NCBI GenBank assembly: GCA_963737655.1
Contig: CAVTTN010000002.1
Coordinates: forward strand, 3,296,001-3,360,000
Direction of reading: 5' to 3'
DNA from: an uncultured Planctomycetota bacterium
Lineage (GTDB): Bacteria > Planctomycetota > Planctomycetia > Isosphaerales > Isosphaeraceae
Length of the DNA stretch: 64,000 nucleotides
Positions 62,206 to 64,000 of the stretch are shown here, piece after piece. The position numbers and the translations under genes are program-made. Each line of letters begins with the position of its first letter. Position 1 is the stretch's first letter. The notes below the pieces were generated by a model. The model saw only the letters and a list, made by a program, of their open reading frames with translations, was not told the DNA's origin and did no database searches.

Positions 62206-63045
62206 ATGAAGATCGGGATGAACCTGCTGCTGTGGACCGACATGGTCACCCCCGAGCACGATGGCCTCCTCGAACAGATCAAGGCCCTCGGGTTCGACGC
62301 GGTCGAGGTCCCGATCTTCAACACGGCGGACCTCAAGCCCTACGAACGCCTGGGCCAGAGGCTCAGGTCCCTCGGGCTCGGCTCCACGGGCGTGACCGTG
62401 ATGACGCCCGAGGCCAACCCGATCTCCCCCGACAAGGCGATCCGAGACGCCGCCGTCGCCCACCTGGACCGCGTGATGGAATGCGGCCAGGCGTTCGGCT
62501 GCGAGATCCTCTGCGGCCCCACGCATTCGGCGATCGGCATTTTCTCCGGCAACGGCCCCACCGCCGACGAGTTCTCCGCCGGGGTCGAGACGCTCCAGAA
62601 GGCCGGCGACAAGGCGAAGGCCCGCAACATGATGATCGCGACGGAGTACCTCAACCGATTCGAGATTTATTTCCTCACCACGGCCGCCCAGGCGTCGCGG
62701 TTCATCCGCGCCGTCGATCATCCGAACGTGAAGATGATGTACGACAGCTTCCACGCCCACATCGAGGAGAAGAGCCAGGCCGAGGCCATCCGCACCTGCG
62801 CCTCCGAGACGATCCACGTCCACGTCTCGGAGAACGACCGCGGAGTGCCCGGCACCGGCCAGGTGGATTGGGACGGCTATTTCTCGACCCTCAAGGAAGT
62901 GAACTACAACGGCTATCTGACGATCGAAGCCTTCGGCCGGGCCCTGCCCGCCCTCGCCGCCGCCACCAGGGTCTGGCGCGACCTGTTCCCCGACGCGATG
63001 GGCCTCTGCCGCGACGGGATCGCGTTCATCAAGGGCAAGATCTAG
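62206..63045 (+). CDS. D-tagatose/D-psicose 3-epimerase-like sugar epimerase
   Basis: GFDAVEVP, EYLNRFE, DSFHAHIEE, HVHVSENDRGVPGTG, IEAF. Confidence 0.88.
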   Translation: MKIGMNLLLWTDMVTPEHDGLLEQIKALGFDAVEVPIFNTADLKPYERLGQRLRSLGLGSTGVTVMTPEANPISPDKAIRDAAVAHLDRVMECGQAFGCEILCGPTHSAIGIFSGNGPTADEFSAGVETLQKAGDKAKARNMMIATEYLNRFEIYFLTTAAQASRFIRAVDHPNVKMMYDSFHAHIEEKSQAEAIRTCASETIHVHVSENDRGVPGTGQVDWDGYFSTLKEVNYNGYLTIEAFGRALPALAAATRVWRDLFPDAMGLCRDGIAFIKGKI

Positions 63046-63065
63046 GAGTCGGCCAGGCCGAATGT

Positions 63066-63131
63066 GTTGGGTCCGCGATTGCGGACCTCTTCGCTCCAAG
63101 TTGATCAAAGGTCGGCAATAGCGGACCCCAC
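63066..63131. repeat. GTGG-type REP doublet (20/23 IR)
   Basis: GTTGGGTCCGCGATTGCGGACCT versus the reverse complement of AGGTCGGCAATAGCGGACCCCAC. Confidence 0.7.
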
Positions 63132-63186
63132 GAAATTCGGAGTCGGACCCGTTGCATCAGGCATGGCGGACGACCAGGGGAGACGC

Positions 63187-63756
63187 ATGGACATCAAGGG
63201 CCTCCGGGGCGAGCAGGTCCGTCTCGTTCCCCCCGAGCGGTCGGCCCACCTGGAAAATGCCCTGCGGTGGATGAACGACCCGGCCGTGATCGCCACGTTG
63301 AATGCACCGATGGGCGCGTCGCGAAGGGCCGAGGAGGCGTGGTTCGACTCCATCGAGGCCGCCCGCGATCCCAATCCCCACTGGGCGATCCTGGATCTTG
63401 CCGGCCGCCATCTCGGAATGATCGACCTGCGAATCCACTGGGCCTTGCGTTCGGCCGGAGGGGGACTGGTGATCGGCGAGCGCTCGGCCTGGGGCCAGGG
63501 CTACGCGAGGGATGCGGTTCGCGTGCGGACCCGGTTCGCCTTCGAAACCCTCGGCCTCCACCGGGTCGAGGGACATACGATCAGTCCGGCGATCCGGCGA
63601 GTGTACGAGAAGTGCGGGTATCGCCACGAGGGCACCCAGAGGCAGAAGATTTGGCGGCATGGGACGTGGCAAGATGCGGAAATGTATGCGATCCTGGATC
63701 AGGACTTCCGGGCCCTGCCTCCTCCTCCGCCGAGACCCCGCGATGAACCGACCTGA
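63187..63756 (+). CDS. GNAT acetyltransferase, RimJ/RimL family
   Basis: WMNDP, IGERSAWGQGY, FAFETLGLHRV, YEKCGYRHEG; GGGGAG RBS. Confidence 0.88.
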   Translation: MDIKGLRGEQVRLVPPERSAHLENALRWMNDPAVIATLNAPMGASRRAEEAWFDSIEAARDPNPHWAILDLAGRHLGMIDLRIHWALRSAGGGLVIGERSAWGQGYARDAVRVRTRFAFETLGLHRVEGHTISPAIRRVYEKCGYRHEGTQRQKIWRHGTWQDAEMYAILDQDFRALPPPPPRPRDEPT

Positions 63757-64000
63757 CCGCGGCCTCCGTCCCTCGGGCGACGGCCTCGAATCCCGGGCCC
63801 TGCTCTCCGCCGTCCATCCTGCCCGGCCTCTCGTGGAACGCGAGAAGATTAGTCTGACCGAGCTCAACGGCTCGGGCGTGACGGGCTCGGGCACGCTCGT
63901 CCTGAAATACACCGGCCCGGGGACGGACCGGCACCTCAAGGCGACCCTCACGCTGAAGGTCTCGGGCCTCGAAGCCGGCCAGGTCCACCCGGTCACGGTC
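63743..64000 (+). CDS. Extracellular protein with planctomycete LESRALLS motif and CHRD-like beta domain (runs off the right edge)
   Basis: Translated by hand: MNRPDRGLRPSGDGLESRALLS...LTELNGSGVTGSGTL...VSGLEAGQVHP; no stop in the window. Confidence 0.65.
   Translation, partial: MNRPDRGLRPSGDGLESRALLSAVHPARPLVEREKISLTELNGSGVTGSGTLVLKYTGPGTDRHLKATLTLKVSGLEAGQVHPVTV

Overview
High-GC bacterial chromosomal window. The gene content (DUF1501, DUF1559, DUF4058, Uma2, LE-x-R-type extracellular motifs) points to a planctomycete, probably Isosphaeraceae-like (inference). It is mostly housekeeping and accessory genes: the tail of a polysaccharide operon (two GT4, two methyltransferases, Wzx), putA, sbtA-like, nfi, ltaE, msrA, pdxH, hisD/C/B, hrpB, birA, nadC, rnpB, mlaE/D, flgM and an uncharacterised sugar-catabolism cluster. 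I saw no CRISPR array, prophage, tRNA, rRNA or transposase. Main observations: (1) a SAM-I riboswitch controlling a threonine-synthase-like enzyme, a ThiS/MoaD sulfur carrier and MoeB, i.e. a probable sulfur-carrier route to homocysteine; (2) a 141-bp MITE-like element with a 9-bp target duplication, inserted into one palindrome and carrying a REP doublet, plus several other REP-like doublet families; (3) an SbtA-family transporter fused to an exported beta-barrel domain with a His-rich loop, behind a sigma-54-like promoter; (4) an orphan PAAR gene; (5) a large double-J-like/Zn-ribbon/FN3 protein; (6) a structured intergenic region that may be an ncRNA. At least 8 genes, including hisD, carry small frameshifts, most likely assembly errors. 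All family assignments come from motif recognition by eye; no database search was run.
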